Shown here: positions 19,398-29,648 of the stretch, piece by piece | How the letters are laid out: the number at the start of each line of letters is the position of its first letter | Numbering within the stretch: position 1 is the stretch's first letter | DNA from: an uncultured Eubacteriales bacterium | Lineage (GTDB): Bacteria; Bacillota; Clostridia; Oscillospirales; QAMX01 | Assembly: GCA_959600635.1 (NCBI GenBank) | Contig: CAUGMN010000005.1 | Coordinates: 1-59,301, forward strand | Direction: 5' to 3' | Length of the DNA: 59,301 nt | Program-made: the position numbers and the translations under genes | Notes under the pieces: generated by a model | The model's input: the letters and a program-made list of their open reading frames with translations, nothing else | What the model was told of the DNA's origin: nothing | Databases searched by the model: none

Positions 19398-21596
19398 GTG
19401 ACGACCGAGGAGCGGGCGGAACGCCTGATTCAGAATTATGCCAGATATGGGCGCATCAGCGAGCTGCCCCGCATCCGCGAGGCGTTCCGGTTTGCCGCCG
19501 AGGCGCACAAGGAACAGTTCCGCGCCAGCGGCGAACCCTATATTTCGCATCCGCTGGCGGTCGCGGAGATCGTCATCGAGATGGAGCTCGACGCGGACTC
19601 CGTGATTTCAGCGCTGCTGCACGACACCGTGGAAGATACGCCGGTGACGTATGAGGACATCAAAGCGCGGTTCGGCGTGACGGTCGCCGACATCGTCGAC
19701 GGGATGACGAAGCTGGCGCGGATTCCCTATACCTCAAAGGCCGAGCAGGAGATGGAAAACCTGCGCAAAATGCTGATCGCGATGGCGCGCGACATCCGCG
19801 TCATCCTCATCAAGCTGGCCGACCGGCTCCACAATGTCCGGACGCTTGACGCGCGTCCGGAGCGCAAGCGCCGCGAGGTCGCGCTGGAAACCATGGACGT
19901 TTACAGCCCCATCGCGCACCGGCTCGGTATCACCAAGGTCAAATGGGAGCTGGAAGACCTGTCGCTCAAATATCTCGACCCGATCGGCTATAACGAGATT
20001 GTGACCGCGCTGGAAGACACCAGCGAGATGCGCGAGGAGCTCATCACCACCATCAAAGCGCAGATGCAGCGCTACTTTGCCGAGGTGGGGCTGGAAAACG
20101 TCTATATTGAGGGGCGCGTCAAGCACATATACAGCATCTACCGCAAAATGTTCATGCAGAACAAAACCATCGACGAGGTCTACGACCTCTACGCCGTGCG
20201 CGTCATTGTGGACACCAAGGAGGAGTGCTACAACATCCTCGGCCTGATCCATGAGCTGTATAAGCCGATTCCCGGCCGGTTTAAGGACTATATCAGCACG
20301 CCCAAGCCCAATATGTACCAATCGCTGCATACGACGCTGATCGGGCGCCGCGGCGTGCCCTTTGAGGTGCAGATCCGCACATGGGAGATGCACCACATCG
20401 CCGAATACGGCGTCGCGGCGCACTGGAAATACAAGCAGGGGCTTTCCGCGGCCGACGCCGACTATGAGAAAAAGCTCGGCTGGATCCGCCAGATGCTGGA
20501 AACGCAGCAGGACACCGACGCGGAGGATTTTATCTCGACGTTCAAGATCGACATGTTCGCCGACGAGGTCTATGTTTTTACGCCCAAGGGCGACGTCATC
20601 AGCCTGCCGGCGGGCGCGACGCTGATCGATTTTGCCTATGCCATCCATTCCGAGGTCGGCAATCACATGGTCGGCGGCAAGATCAATAACCGCATCGTCA
20701 CCATCGACACCGAACCGCAGAACGGCGATATCATCGAGGTGCTGACCTCAAAGGCCTCGCGCGGTCCCTCGCGCGACTGGCTGAAAATCGCCAGGACGAG
20801 CGGCGCGCGCTCAAAAATCAAACAGTGGTTCAAGCGGGAGCGGCGCGAGGAAAATATCGAACAGGGGCGGGAGAGCTTAGAGCGGGAGCTGAAACGCTTC
20901 GGCCTGCTGTTTGAAACGGTCCGGCAGGACGAGGCCCTGCCGGCGGCGCTGAAAAAGCTCTCCTTCAATTCGCTCGACGACCTGTGCGCCGGCATCGGCT
21001 ACGGCGGCGTGACCGCGCAGCGCGCCGCAAACCGCATTAAGGAAGAGTGCGCGCGCGCGCAAAAGCCCGCGGCCGGCGGCGAGGCCGTCCCGCTTGCGCC
21101 GCAGAAGGAGATCCGGCGCTCGGAAAGCGGCGTGATCGTCGAGGGCGTCGATTCCTGCCTTGTCAAATTCGCGCACTGCTGCACGCCGGTTCCCGGCGAC
21201 GAGATCGTCGGCTTTGTCACGCGCGGCTACGGCGTTTCGGTTCACTGTACCGACTGCGCCAACGTCAAATCGCTGGAAGACGCCAAGGACACCGCCGACC
21301 GCTTTGTCGCCGTGTCGTGGGCGGACGTCACGGAGGGCGATTTTGTCGCCCAGATCGAGATTTACGCCAAGGACCGCGTCGCGCTGATTGCGGACGTGAC
21401 GACGATGTTGGCCAATCTGCACATTCTGATTCAGAGCTTGCAGACCAAGCAGCTTGCCGGCGGCGCGCGCCTGCTCACGCTCGGCCTCGGCGTCAGCGAC
21501 AAGGAGCACCTCGAATCGGTCTGTCTGAAACTCAAACGCGTGGCCGGCGTCGAGAAAATCGTCCGCAGCAGCCGCGCGGGCGGGGAAATCGTCTGA
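19398..21596 (+). CDS. relA: bifunctional (p)ppGpp synthetase/hydrolase (RelA/SpoT homolog)
   Basis: GTG at 19398 lies 7 nt after AGGGGTG. HD domain (HPLAVA...HDTVEDT), synthetase domain (YKPIPGRFKDYISTPKPNMYQSLHTT), TGS and ACT domains. 732 aa. Confidence 0.9.
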   Translation: MTTEERAERLIQNYARYGRISELPRIREAFRFAAEAHKEQFRASGEPYISHPLAVAEIVIEMELDADSVISALLHDTVEDTPVTYEDIKARFGVTVADIVDGMTKLARIPYTSKAEQEMENLRKMLIAMARDIRVILIKLADRLHNVRTLDARPERKRREVALETMDVYSPIAHRLGITKVKWELEDLSLKYLDPIGYNEIVTALEDTSEMREELITTIKAQMQRYFAEVGLENVYIEGRVKHIYSIYRKMFMQNKTIDEVYDLYAVRVIVDTKEECYNILGLIHELYKPIPGRFKDYISTPKPNMYQSLHTTLIGRRGVPFEVQIRTWEMHHIAEYGVAAHWKYKQGLSAADADYEKKLGWIRQMLETQQDTDAEDFISTFKIDMFADEVYVFTPKGDVISLPAGATLIDFAYAIHSEVGNHMVGGKINNRIVTIDTEPQNGDIIEVLTSKASRGPSRDWLKIARTSGARSKIKQWFKRERREENIEQGRESLERELKRFGLLFETVRQDEALPAALKKLSFNSLDDLCAGIGYGGVTAQRAANRIKEECARAQKPAAGGEAVPLAPQKEIRRSESGVIVEGVDSCLVKFAHCCTPVPGDEIVGFVTRGYGVSVHCTDCANVKSLEDAKDTADRFVAVSWADVTEGDFVAQIEIYAKDRVALIADVTTMLANLHILIQSLQTKQLAGGARLLTLGLGVSDKEHLESVCLKLKRVAGVEKIVRSSRAGGEIV

Positions 21597-21637
21597 CGGC
21601 GGCGCGCGGCCGCTTCGTTAAAGGGAGGAGACAGACC

Positions 21638-22084
21638 ATGACGGTATTGGTGCAGCGGGTTGCGCGCGCGGCGGTTTCAATCGGAGGAGCCGTTCACGCG
21701 CAAATTGAAAAAGGGCTGCTCGTGCTGCTCGGCGTCCGAAAGGGCGACACCGAGGCGGACGCCGTGTATCTCGCGGAAAAATGCGCCGGGCTGCGAATTT
21801 TCGAGGATGAGAACGGAAAAATGAATCTGCCGCCGTCGGCTGTCGGCGCGTCGATCCTCGTCGTCACCAATTTTACGCTCTGCGGCAGCTGCGCCAGGGG
21901 CAGAAGGCCGTCGTTTGACAACGCCGAGCGGCCGGAGCGCGCAAAGCCTCTGGCGGAGCGCTTCGTCGCCGAATGCGAAAAAAGCGGCCTGCCGGTGCGG
22001 CAGGGCGTGTTCGGCGCGGATATGCAGGTTTCGCTGATTAACGACGGTCCGGTGACGCTGATCATCGATTCGGCGGAGCGTTGA
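21638..22084 (+). CDS. dtd: D-aminoacyl-tRNA deacylase
   Basis: ATG at 21638 follows GGGAGGAG. Begins MTVLVQRV and contains SNFTL-like VTNFTL and a GPVT motif. 148 aa. Confidence 0.9.
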   Translation: MTVLVQRVARAAVSIGGAVHAQIEKGLLVLLGVRKGDTEADAVYLAEKCAGLRIFEDENGKMNLPPSAVGASILVVTNFTLCGSCARGRRPSFDNAERPERAKPLAERFVAECEKSGLPVRQGVFGADMQVSLINDGPVTLIIDSAER

Positions 22085-22181
22085 AACCGAAAACGGAGGA
22101 AGGGCATCCCCGGTTGTGCCCGTGAATGTGAAGGCGTCCGTTGCCTGATTTTTTCAGGCGGGGGAAAGCCCTATACGGATC

Positions 22182-22695
22182 ATGCCGTCAGAACCGTATC
22201 TGAAACGGATGCGGAGCTGCGACGATGTGTTTACAAAAAGCATTTCCCGAAATATTGATCATGACTTTTTACGGATGAAACGGGATGACACGGTTCGGGT
22301 GCTCGGCCTATGGGTGAAAGATACGCTTGCGGGAGCCGTCTCTGTTGAAAAGAAGATAGTCGATTGTAAAACTGCGTTTTCCAATCGAGAGACTCGCGCT
22401 GATCGCCCTCGCTGCGCTCGTTTGGCCGGCGCGAGGGCTCGAATTTGAATGGGAAAGCGAGAGTCTTACAATCGCCTATAAAAATAAGAGGCAAGGGGAA
22501 GCGGCCGTAATCGGCAGCGTTTTCGTGGCGCAAAAGTATAGAGGTTGCGGGTATGCCGTCAGACTGGTTCGAGCGGCACTTGCGCTGTACCCGGGCAGGA
22601 GATATTCGTATAGCTGTGGTTCCGACAATCCCGCCTCTATTGCTACCGCGAAATCAGCCGGATTTGTTTTTGAGGCTACCTATCTTTTTTTATAA
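22182..22695 (+). pseudogene. GNAT-family N-acetyltransferase disrupted by a 112-bp inverted-repeat element
   Basis: The 5' part (frame of 22182) stops at 22446-22448. The 3' part continues in another frame to TAA at 22693-22695. It carries GNAT motif A (QKYRGCGYAVRLV) and NPASIATAKSAGF. Deleting 22362..22473 rejoins both parts in frame. Confidence 0.55.
22362..22473. mobile_element. 112-bp MITE-like imperfect palindrome with 8-bp perfect terminal inverted repeats (GATTGTAA/TTACAATC)
   Basis: Terminal and subterminal arms are partly complementary. A central 8-bp stem GCCCTCGC/GCGAGGGC is present. The length restores the GNAT reading frame when removed. Confidence 0.45.
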
Positions 22696-22779
22696 AAGGC
22701 GCGCGTTTTGTCCGGCGGGATTTTTTTGGAGGAACGCCGCGTCAAACCACAGATCTATTTACGAACGGAGGAATCGGAC

Positions 22780-23418
22780 ATGGAGATCAAAACGATTACG
22801 GTCGGCGCTTCGCAGACAAACTGCTACGTCGTCTATGACAGACACGGTGGGGAGGCCTCCGTCATCGATCCGGGCGCGGAGGCGGAAAAAATTCTCGGCT
22901 TTCTCTCCGAAAAGGCGTTGAAGCTCAAAAATATTTTCCTCACGCACGGGCACTTTGACCATATCCTCGCCGTTCAGCAGGTGCATGAAAAGACGAACGC
23001 GCGCATCGTGATCCACGAGGCGGACGCGGAGTGTCTGCAAAGCTCGTATCAGGCGCTGTACACCTCGATCATGCGCGAGCCGTTCCGCGTGGCCAAAGCC
23101 GATATCCGGCTTCGCGGCGGTGAAAAAACAATCGTCGGCACGGTTGAGGCCGAATTCATGCACACGCCGGGGCATACCCCCGGCTCCATGTGCATTCTCA
23201 TGGACAACGCGCTGTTTACCGGAGATACGCTCTTTGAAGGCGACGTCGGCAGGACGGATCTGCGCGGCGGCGACGAATACGCGCTGAAACGCTCGCTCGC
23301 GTGGCTGTACCGGCTGCCCTATGACTATATCGTCTATCCGGGACACGGCGATCCCACGACGCTGGGCATCGAGCGCGATACAAACGAATACCTGCGCGCC
23401 GCCGTCGGGCGGGCGTAG
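22780..23418 (+). CDS. MBL-fold metallo-hydrolase
   Basis: ATG at 22780 follows GGAGGA. Contains the THGHFDH motif, and HTPGHTPGS. Confidence 0.85.
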   Translation: MEIKTITVGASQTNCYVVYDRHGGEASVIDPGAEAEKILGFLSEKALKLKNIFLTHGHFDHILAVQQVHEKTNARIVIHEADAECLQSSYQALYTSIMREPFRVAKADIRLRGGEKTIVGTVEAEFMHTPGHTPGSMCILMDNALFTGDTLFEGDVGRTDLRGGDEYALKRSLAWLYRLPYDYIVYPGHGDPTTLGIERDTNEYLRAAVGRA

Positions 23419-23459
23419 ACCGCGCCCGTCTTCCGGGATGGAGAAGGAGGATTTTTCAC

Positions 23460-24950
23460 GTGCGCATTTACATGACCGACAACACTTATAAATTCGACGT
23501 CGAGCAGACGGCGATCATCCTCTTTCCTGAACGCACGCCGCGCGTCGAATGCGCGCCGCCGCCGCGCGCCTCGGTCGAGGAGGACTACGGCGTTTCCGTG
23601 CTCTCCATTCTCCCCAAAAGCGTCGCGGCGACGTTTACGCTCCAGCTCGACGGCAAGCTGTGCCGCGAGACGGCGCGCTCCGTTTTTGCCGACGGCTTGA
23701 CGGAGGAGGAACGAAAGACCGAGATCCGGCATACACTGCGTCGGAGCGTTTACAAAGCCTATGTGGAGCTGACCGGCGACAAACCGGCGTGGGGCGCGCT
23801 GGCCGGTGTGCGCCCGGCCAAGCTGGCGCGCAAGCTCATCGAGGAAGGGCGCAGCGAGGAGCAGGCGCGGCGGCTGCTTGAATCGCGCTATTGTATCCGG
23901 CGCGACAAGGCGCAGCTCGCGCTGGCCGCGGCGCGCACGGCGCTCGATCTGAAAGCGCAGATGACGCCGCAGGACGCCGCAGTCTATATCGGCATTCCCT
24001 TCTGCCCGTCCCGCTGCGCCTACTGCTCCTTTATCAGCAAGAGCGCCTCGGCGGCCGGACAGGAGGAAATCGGCCGCTACTTGGAGGTTCTGACGGAAGA
24101 AATTGCCGCGACGGGACGGCAGCTGGACGCGGCGGGCGGCCGCGTCCAGGCAATTTACATCGGCGGAGGCACGCCGACGGTGCTGAGCGCCGCGCAGCTT
24201 GAAAAGCTGCTGGCGGCCGTCCGCGCCGCCTTTCACCCGGCCGGCGGCTGCGAATTCACGCTCGAAGCCGGCCGCCCCGACACGATCACGCGCGAAAAGC
24301 TGGACGCGGCTGCGGGCGGCGGCGTCAACCGCATCAGCGTCAACCCGCAGACGTTTTCCAACCGCGTGCTGGCGCTGGCAGGGCGGAAGCACACCGTCGA
24401 GGACATCTACCGCGTCTATGAGCTGGCGCGGGAGACCGGCGCCTTTGCGATCAACATGGATCTGATCGCCGGCCTGCCCGGCGACAGCCTCGCGGGCTTT
24501 GCCGGCAGCGTGACGGATGCCTGCGGCCTGCGGCCGGAGAACGTCACCGTACACACGCTGGCGCTCAAAAAGGGCTCGGCGCTGACCGAGGGCGGCGCGC
24601 GGCTTCTGCCGCCGAAAACGATTGAGGCGATGCTCGCCGCCGGGGAGCGGATCCTGCGGGAGAACGGCTACGAGCCGTATTATCTGTACCGGCAGAAGTA
24701 TTCGGGCGGAAGCTTTGAAAACGTCGGCTACGCGCGGGACGGGCAAATCTGCCGCTATAACCTCTACATGATGGATGAACTGATGCCGGTTGTCAGCTGC
24801 GGCGCGGGCGCGGTCACAAAGCTCGGCTTCGACGGAACGGGCGAGGTCGTTCGGATCGCAAATCCCAAATACCCTGAGGATTATATCCGCCGCCGTGATG
24901 AGATTGTCGAAAACAGGGCGAAAATCGGCGCGTTTTACCGCGGCGAATAA
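23460..24950 (+). CDS. radical SAM protein, coproporphyrinogen-III-oxidase-like (HemZ/HemN family)
   Basis: GTG start 9 nt after GGAGG. CxxxCxxC motif (CPSRCAYCSF) and GGGTPT. About 496 aa with an N-terminal extension typical of HemZ-like proteins. Confidence 0.8.
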   Translation: MRIYMTDNTYKFDVEQTAIILFPERTPRVECAPPPRASVEEDYGVSVLSILPKSVAATFTLQLDGKLCRETARSVFADGLTEEERKTEIRHTLRRSVYKAYVELTGDKPAWGALAGVRPAKLARKLIEEGRSEEQARRLLESRYCIRRDKAQLALAAARTALDLKAQMTPQDAAVYIGIPFCPSRCAYCSFISKSASAAGQEEIGRYLEVLTEEIAATGRQLDAAGGRVQAIYIGGGTPTVLSAAQLEKLLAAVRAAFHPAGGCEFTLEAGRPDTITREKLDAAAGGGVNRISVNPQTFSNRVLALAGRKHTVEDIYRVYELARETGAFAINMDLIAGLPGDSLAGFAGSVTDACGLRPENVTVHTLALKKGSALTEGGARLLPPKTIEAMLAAGERILRENGYEPYYLYRQKYSGGSFENVGYARDGQICRYNLYMMDELMPVVSCGAGAVTKLGFDGTGEVVRIANPKYPEDYIRRRDEIVENRAKIGAFYRGE

Positions 24951-25182
24951 ACGCGGCGCGGCGGCAACGGCATATGGCCGCGAAGCCCTCCGGTGTTTTC
25001 TCCCTGAACAGGAGAATCTGCAACGCCGGCGTCGATGACGAGGCGTTCTTTGCGGGGCTTGCGGACTGCGCCTACCGCGGCCGGCTTGAAAATTGCCGAG
25101 GCCGCCGCTGTCCCGCAAGAGGGGCGGCGGCGATGATGATCTGTCTGCGGCCGATATGCCGCGGAAAAAAGGAGGAACCGAT

Positions 25183-25566
25183 ATGAACAGCAAAACCGAA
25201 GATTTGATTTCCAAGGTCATGGAAAAGGCGGCCTCTGCCGCCGATTACACGGCGCAGAAGGCCGGTCAGGTCGTAGAGAGCACCAAACTGAACTTCCGCC
25301 TTTACGAGCTCAACGGAACGATCGGAGAATACGAGCGCAGGATCGGCCAAATCGTCTATGCCGCGCACCAGGGCGAGACAGCCGACCAGACGGAACTTGA
25401 CGAGCTGCTCGCAAAGCTTGACGCGGCGAATGCGGACGTAAAAGAAATCCGGATCAAGATGGCCGAACGCAAGAAGATGAAAATTTGTCCCGTCTGCGGC
25501 AAAGCCTGCGCGGCGGACGATGCTTTCTGCGCCGGCTGCGGCGCGGATATGAAGGCCAAGGCATGA
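25183..25566 (+). CDS. zinc-ribbon domain protein with N-terminal coiled-coil-like region
   Basis: ATG at 25183 follows GGAGGA. C-terminal CPVCG...CAGCG motif. Its stop overlaps the mtaD start (ATGA). Confidence 0.6.
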   Translation: MNSKTEDLISKVMEKAASAADYTAQKAGQVVESTKLNFRLYELNGTIGEYERRIGQIVYAAHQGETADQTELDELLAKLDAANADVKEIRIKMAERKKMKICPVCGKACAADDAFCAGCGADMKAKA

Positions 25567-26864
25567 GACTTTTGATTCGCAACGCGGACGTCGTCACATG
25601 CAGCCGCCCCGGGGAGATCATCCCCGGCGGCTGCATGGCGGTGGCGGACGGGAAGATCGAATATGTCGGCCCGGAGCAGCCGGCCGGCCGGTTTGACCGC
25701 GTGATCGAGGCGAAAGGAAAGATTCTGATGCCCGGCCTCGTCAACGCGCATACGCACGTCGCCATGACCGGCCTGCGCGGCTATGCCGACGACCTCGCGC
25801 TCCAAGACTGGCTGACCAATTATATTTTCCCCGTGGAAGATCGGATGAACGCGGACTGCGTCCGCATTTCGGCGCAGCTCGGCATGGCCGAGATGATCGC
25901 CTCGGGGACGACCTCGTTTTCCGACATGTATTCCTTCTGCGACGGCATTGCGCAGGCCGCCGCGGACTGCGGCCTGAAAGCGAACATTTCAAGGGGCGTC
26001 GTCTGCTTCGACGACCTGCCGTTCGACACTGAGCACAATCCCCGCTGGGCCGAGGCGGTGGAGCTGTATGAGCGCTGGCACGGCTATGACGGCGGGCGGA
26101 TCCGCATTGATCTGTCCGTGCACGCCGAATACACGACGACGCGCCGCTGCCGGGAAACCGTGGCCGCTTTTGCCGCGGACAAGCAGGCTCTGGTGCACTT
26201 CCACCTTTCGGAAACGAAGAAGGAGCACGAAGAATGCGTCGCGCGCTACGGGATGACGCCGGCGCGGCTGTTTTACGAAGAAGGGCTGCTGAACCGCCGG
26301 GCGCTGGCCGCGCACTGCGTTTGGCTGACCGGAGACGATATCGCGCTGTTTGCCGAGACCGGGGCCTCCGTGGCGCACTGTCCGGTGTCGAACTTAAAGC
26401 TCGCCAGCGGAATCGCGCCTGTCGCCCGCCTTGCGGAGGCCGGCGTCAACGTCGCTCTGGGGACCGACGGCGTCGCCTCCAACAACAATCACGACCTGTT
26501 CGAGGAGATTAAGCTTGCCTCGCTGCTGCAAAAGGGCGTGACGCTGCGGCCGGAGCTGTTTCCGGCCGGCGAAGCGCTGGCGATGGCGACTGCGCACGGG
26601 GCCGCCGCGCAGGGGCGCGCCGACTGCGGCGCGCTGCGGCCGGGACTGGACGCGGATTTTATCCTCCTGAACGCCGCCGCGCCCGCGATGACGCCGTACC
26701 ACAGCGCCGCGTCCGCCGCGGCGTATTCGGCGCGCGGCGCGGAGGTCTGCATGACCGCCGTGCGCGGCAGGGTGCTCTATGAAAACGGCGAATTCCTGAC
26801 GCTCGACCGCGAAAGGCTTAGCGCCGAGTTTGAACGGCGCGTGCGCCCCGTTCTGTTCCCGTAA
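25563..26864 (+). CDS. mtaD: amidohydrolase, 5-methylthioadenosine/S-adenosylhomocysteine deaminase-like
   Basis: Contains GLVNAHTHVAMT, HLSET and GTDGVASNN, motifs of the ATZ/TRZ-type deaminase family. Confidence 0.8.
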   Translation: MRLLIRNADVVTCSRPGEIIPGGCMAVADGKIEYVGPEQPAGRFDRVIEAKGKILMPGLVNAHTHVAMTGLRGYADDLALQDWLTNYIFPVEDRMNADCVRISAQLGMAEMIASGTTSFSDMYSFCDGIAQAAADCGLKANISRGVVCFDDLPFDTEHNPRWAEAVELYERWHGYDGGRIRIDLSVHAEYTTTRRCRETVAAFAADKQALVHFHLSETKKEHEECVARYGMTPARLFYEEGLLNRRALAAHCVWLTGDDIALFAETGASVAHCPVSNLKLASGIAPVARLAEAGVNVALGTDGVASNNNHDLFEEIKLASLLQKGVTLRPELFPAGEALAMATAHGAAAQGRADCGALRPGLDADFILLNAAAPAMTPYHSAASAAAYSARGAEVCMTAVRGRVLYENGEFLTLDRERLSAEFERRVRPVLFP

Positions 26865-27063
26865 ACGCGGCGGCGCGGACTCCGCCGCATGAAATCTGCG
26901 GGGAACAGACGGTTTGCAGAGCCGCCCTCCGGCGGTTGCGGCGATCCCCGCTGATAGAAACCGGCGGCGTCCGCCCGCGGATTCTGTTCTATCCGACCGG
27001 CTCCGACATAGATATAGATTTGAGAGCGAAACGCCTCAAATTTATCGGAAACGGGTAGGTGCC

Positions 27064-28641
27064 ATGGGCAGAAAGGGCAGAAACCGGATTAGGAACAGCT
27101 ATGTCGGCGGCGCGCTCGTGCTGGCGGTGTCGAACATTCTATGCCGCTTTTTGGGCTTTGTTTTCAAGGTGCCGCTGGCAAACCTCATCGGCGCCGAGGG
27201 TATGGGCTATTACAGCTTCGCGTTTCAGATCTTCAATGTCGTCTCTACCGCGGCCGTTTCCGGCCTGCCGGTGGCGCTGTCGAGAACGGTGGCCGCGTCT
27301 CCGGAGAACGAGCGCCTGCCGATCCTGCGCTCATCGCTGCGGCTGTTCTGCATCGCCGGCGGCGTGGGCACCGCCGTGCTGCTGCTGTTCGCAGGCGGTA
27401 TCAGCGAGCTGGCCGGCTCCGCGCCGTCAAAGTTAGCGGTCATGGCGCTGGCGCCGACGACGCTGTTTGTCGCCGTCGAATCGGCCTACCGCGGGTATTT
27501 TCAGGGAAAGGCCGATATGACGCCGCCGGCGGTTTCCCAAGCGGCCGACGCGGTGACCAAGCTTGTTTTAGGGACGGCCGCGGCGTGGTATCTGTACCGC
27601 GCGGGTTATCCTGCCGAGGTCGTCGCCGCGGGTGCGATTCTCGGCGTAACGGTCGGGACGCTTGTGAGCGCGGCCGTCCTCGTCGTCAGCGCGCGCGGAG
27701 AATACCGGCGCGCCGGCGGAAAGCGGGGAAAACCCATCCGCCTCCATGGAATCAAGCGCAGGCTGCTGCGTCTCGCCTTTCCGCTGACGGTCGGCGCGCT
27801 GTTTTTAAGCATGGTCAACACCGTGGACGCCATGGTGGTTATGAACCGTTTGCAGGGCACGGGGCTGTCGCAGAGCGAGGCGACCGGAGCCTACGGCGCG
27901 TATACGGGCATTGCGCTCACGGTTTACAGCCTGCCGTCGGCGATCACCTCGGCGATCTGCGCCTCCGTGATCCCCGCGGTCGCCTCAGTCGGAGATGTTG
28001 CAACCGCCGACGCCAAATCGCGGCAGCGGGCCTATAAATACCTGAAAACGTCGTTCCGGCTGGCGTCCGTCGTTGTGTTCTTGGCGGCGGCGCTGTTTGC
28101 GGTCATGCCGCGCGAGCTGCTCTCGCTGCTGTTTTCAAGGAGCGGCGATGTTGCCGCCGCCGCGCCGCTGCTGCGGATTTTAGCGCCCGCGACGGTGCTG
28201 TCCGCCTTCTGCTCGCTGTCGGCCGCCGCTCTGCACGCCATGGGGATGATGACCGTTCCGGTCGTCGCGATGGCTGCGGGCGGGTTTGTAAAGCTCGCGC
28301 TCAACTTCTGGCTGATTGGCAACCCGGAGATCCGCGTGATGGGCGCGCCGGTCGGAACCGTGGCGTGCTTTGCCGTCGCGGCCGTGATCAATTTCGCTTA
28401 TATCGCCCGCCGCACGGGCTTTCTGCCGCCTGTCTGGGACTGTATGGTCAAACCGGCCGCGTGCGCGATGCTGGCGGCTTTTACGGCGCTCTCTCTGTAC
28501 AATGCGTTTATAGTTCCGCTCGGCGCGCGGCTGGCGGGCCTGCTCGCGCTCTGCGCGGCGGCGCTGCTCTATTTCTTCCTGCTGGTGTTTACCGGCGTTT
28601 TAAAGCGCGAAGACGGAAAAATGCTCAGCCATACGGCGTAA
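27064..28641 (+). CDS. MOP-superfamily polysaccharide/lipid flippase (SpoVB/YabM family)
   Basis: About 525 aa polytopic membrane protein. N-terminus GGALVLAVSNILCRFLGFVFKVPLANLIGAEGMGYY. It sits immediately upstream of mazG, as yabM does in Bacillus. Confidence 0.75.
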   Translation: MGRKGRNRIRNSYVGGALVLAVSNILCRFLGFVFKVPLANLIGAEGMGYYSFAFQIFNVVSTAAVSGLPVALSRTVAASPENERLPILRSSLRLFCIAGGVGTAVLLLFAGGISELAGSAPSKLAVMALAPTTLFVAVESAYRGYFQGKADMTPPAVSQAADAVTKLVLGTAAAWYLYRAGYPAEVVAAGAILGVTVGTLVSAAVLVVSARGEYRRAGGKRGKPIRLHGIKRRLLRLAFPLTVGALFLSMVNTVDAMVVMNRLQGTGLSQSEATGAYGAYTGIALTVYSLPSAITSAICASVIPAVASVGDVATADAKSRQRAYKYLKTSFRLASVVVFLAAALFAVMPRELLSLLFSRSGDVAAAAPLLRILAPATVLSAFCSLSAAALHAMGMMTVPVVAMAAGGFVKLALNFWLIGNPEIRVMGAPVGTVACFAVAAVINFAYIARRTGFLPPVWDCMVKPAACAMLAAFTALSLYNAFIVPLGARLAGLLALCAAALLYFFLLVFTGVLKREDGKMLSHTA

Positions 28642-28782
28642 AGGACGAGTCGCTTTTTTTGCCGAAGATCCATTTCCGTTCGGGCGGATTGCGCGGCAAA
28701 ACATGAAAAATGGCCGAAAGGCGATATTCGACTCAAATAGATCAATCTTTTTCTCAAAAATACTTGCAATTGGAGCGAAAAT

Positions 28783-29592
28783 ATGGTAAATTTTACGTTG
28801 AAGGAAAAATACTCGATCGATGACCTCCTGCATATCATGCGGCTCCTGCGCTCGCCGGACGGCTGCCCGTGGGACAGGGAGCAGACGCACCGGAGCATCC
28901 GGCGCAATTTTATCGAAGAGGTCTACGAGGCCTGCGAGGCGATCGATCTGGAAGACGACGCCCTGCTGATTGAGGAACTCGGCGACGTGCTGCTGCAAAT
29001 CGTGTTCCACGCCGAGATGGCGCGGGAGGAACGGCGTTTTGATTTTGACGATGTGGCGGACGGGATCTGCAAAAAACTGATCGTCCGTCATCCGCACATC
29101 TTCGGCGGATTAAAGTTGGAGACCGACGGCGCCGAGGAAGTGCTGAAAAACTGGGAAGCGATTAAGAACAAAACCAAAAACCATACCTCCCATACCGAAT
29201 CGCTCGAAGCCGTCGCCAAGAGCCTGCCGGCGCTGATGCGCGCCGAAAAGGTACAGAGCCGCGCCAAGCGCGCGGGCATGGACTGGGACGGCGTTGCCCC
29301 GGTGATGGACAAGCTGCGCGAGGAGACGCAGGAGCTTGCCGAGGCCGCCGAGGGCCGGGGCGACGCGTTTGCCGAGCTGGGCGACGTGCTGTTTACCGCC
29401 GTCAATATCGCGCGGCATATGGGGATTGATCCGGAAGAGGCGCTCGGCGCTTCGACGGAGCGTTTTGTCGCCCGTTTCCGCGCCGTAGAAAAGCGCTGTG
29501 AAAAGGATGGCGTCAACATGGCCGAGGCGGGCCTGCCGGTGCTGGACAAGTTCTGGGAAGACGCCAAGGACGGGGAGAAAAAAGCGAAATAA
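28783..29592 (+). CDS. mazG: nucleoside triphosphate pyrophosphohydrolase MazG
   Basis: Contains LRSPDGCPWDREQTH and tandem MazG domains (EELGDVLLQ and AELGDVLF). Confidence 0.9.
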   Translation: MVNFTLKEKYSIDDLLHIMRLLRSPDGCPWDREQTHRSIRRNFIEEVYEACEAIDLEDDALLIEELGDVLLQIVFHAEMAREERRFDFDDVADGICKKLIVRHPHIFGGLKLETDGAEEVLKNWEAIKNKTKNHTSHTESLEAVAKSLPALMRAEKVQSRAKRAGMDWDGVAPVMDKLREETQELAEAAEGRGDAFAELGDVLFTAVNIARHMGIDPEEALGASTERFVARFRAVEKRCEKDGVNMAEAGLPVLDKFWEDAKDGEKKAK

Positions 29593-29648
29593 CGCCGCGG
29601 CGAGCGGTTTTATGAGGCGATACGAATGGATGAAAGGGAGGCTCTAAG

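Noticed and set aside
23334-25220. 628-aa minus-strand ORF opposite the radical SAM (HemZ-like) gene.
   Set aside because: Same shadow-ORF signature (poly-Arg/Ala/Gly). The + strand carries the CxxxCxxC radical SAM motif.
27141-28037. 298-aa alternative + frame inside the SpoVB/YabM-like flippase gene.
   Set aside because: It is Arg/Gly-rich out-of-frame sequence. The annotated frame gives a coherent polytopic membrane protein.
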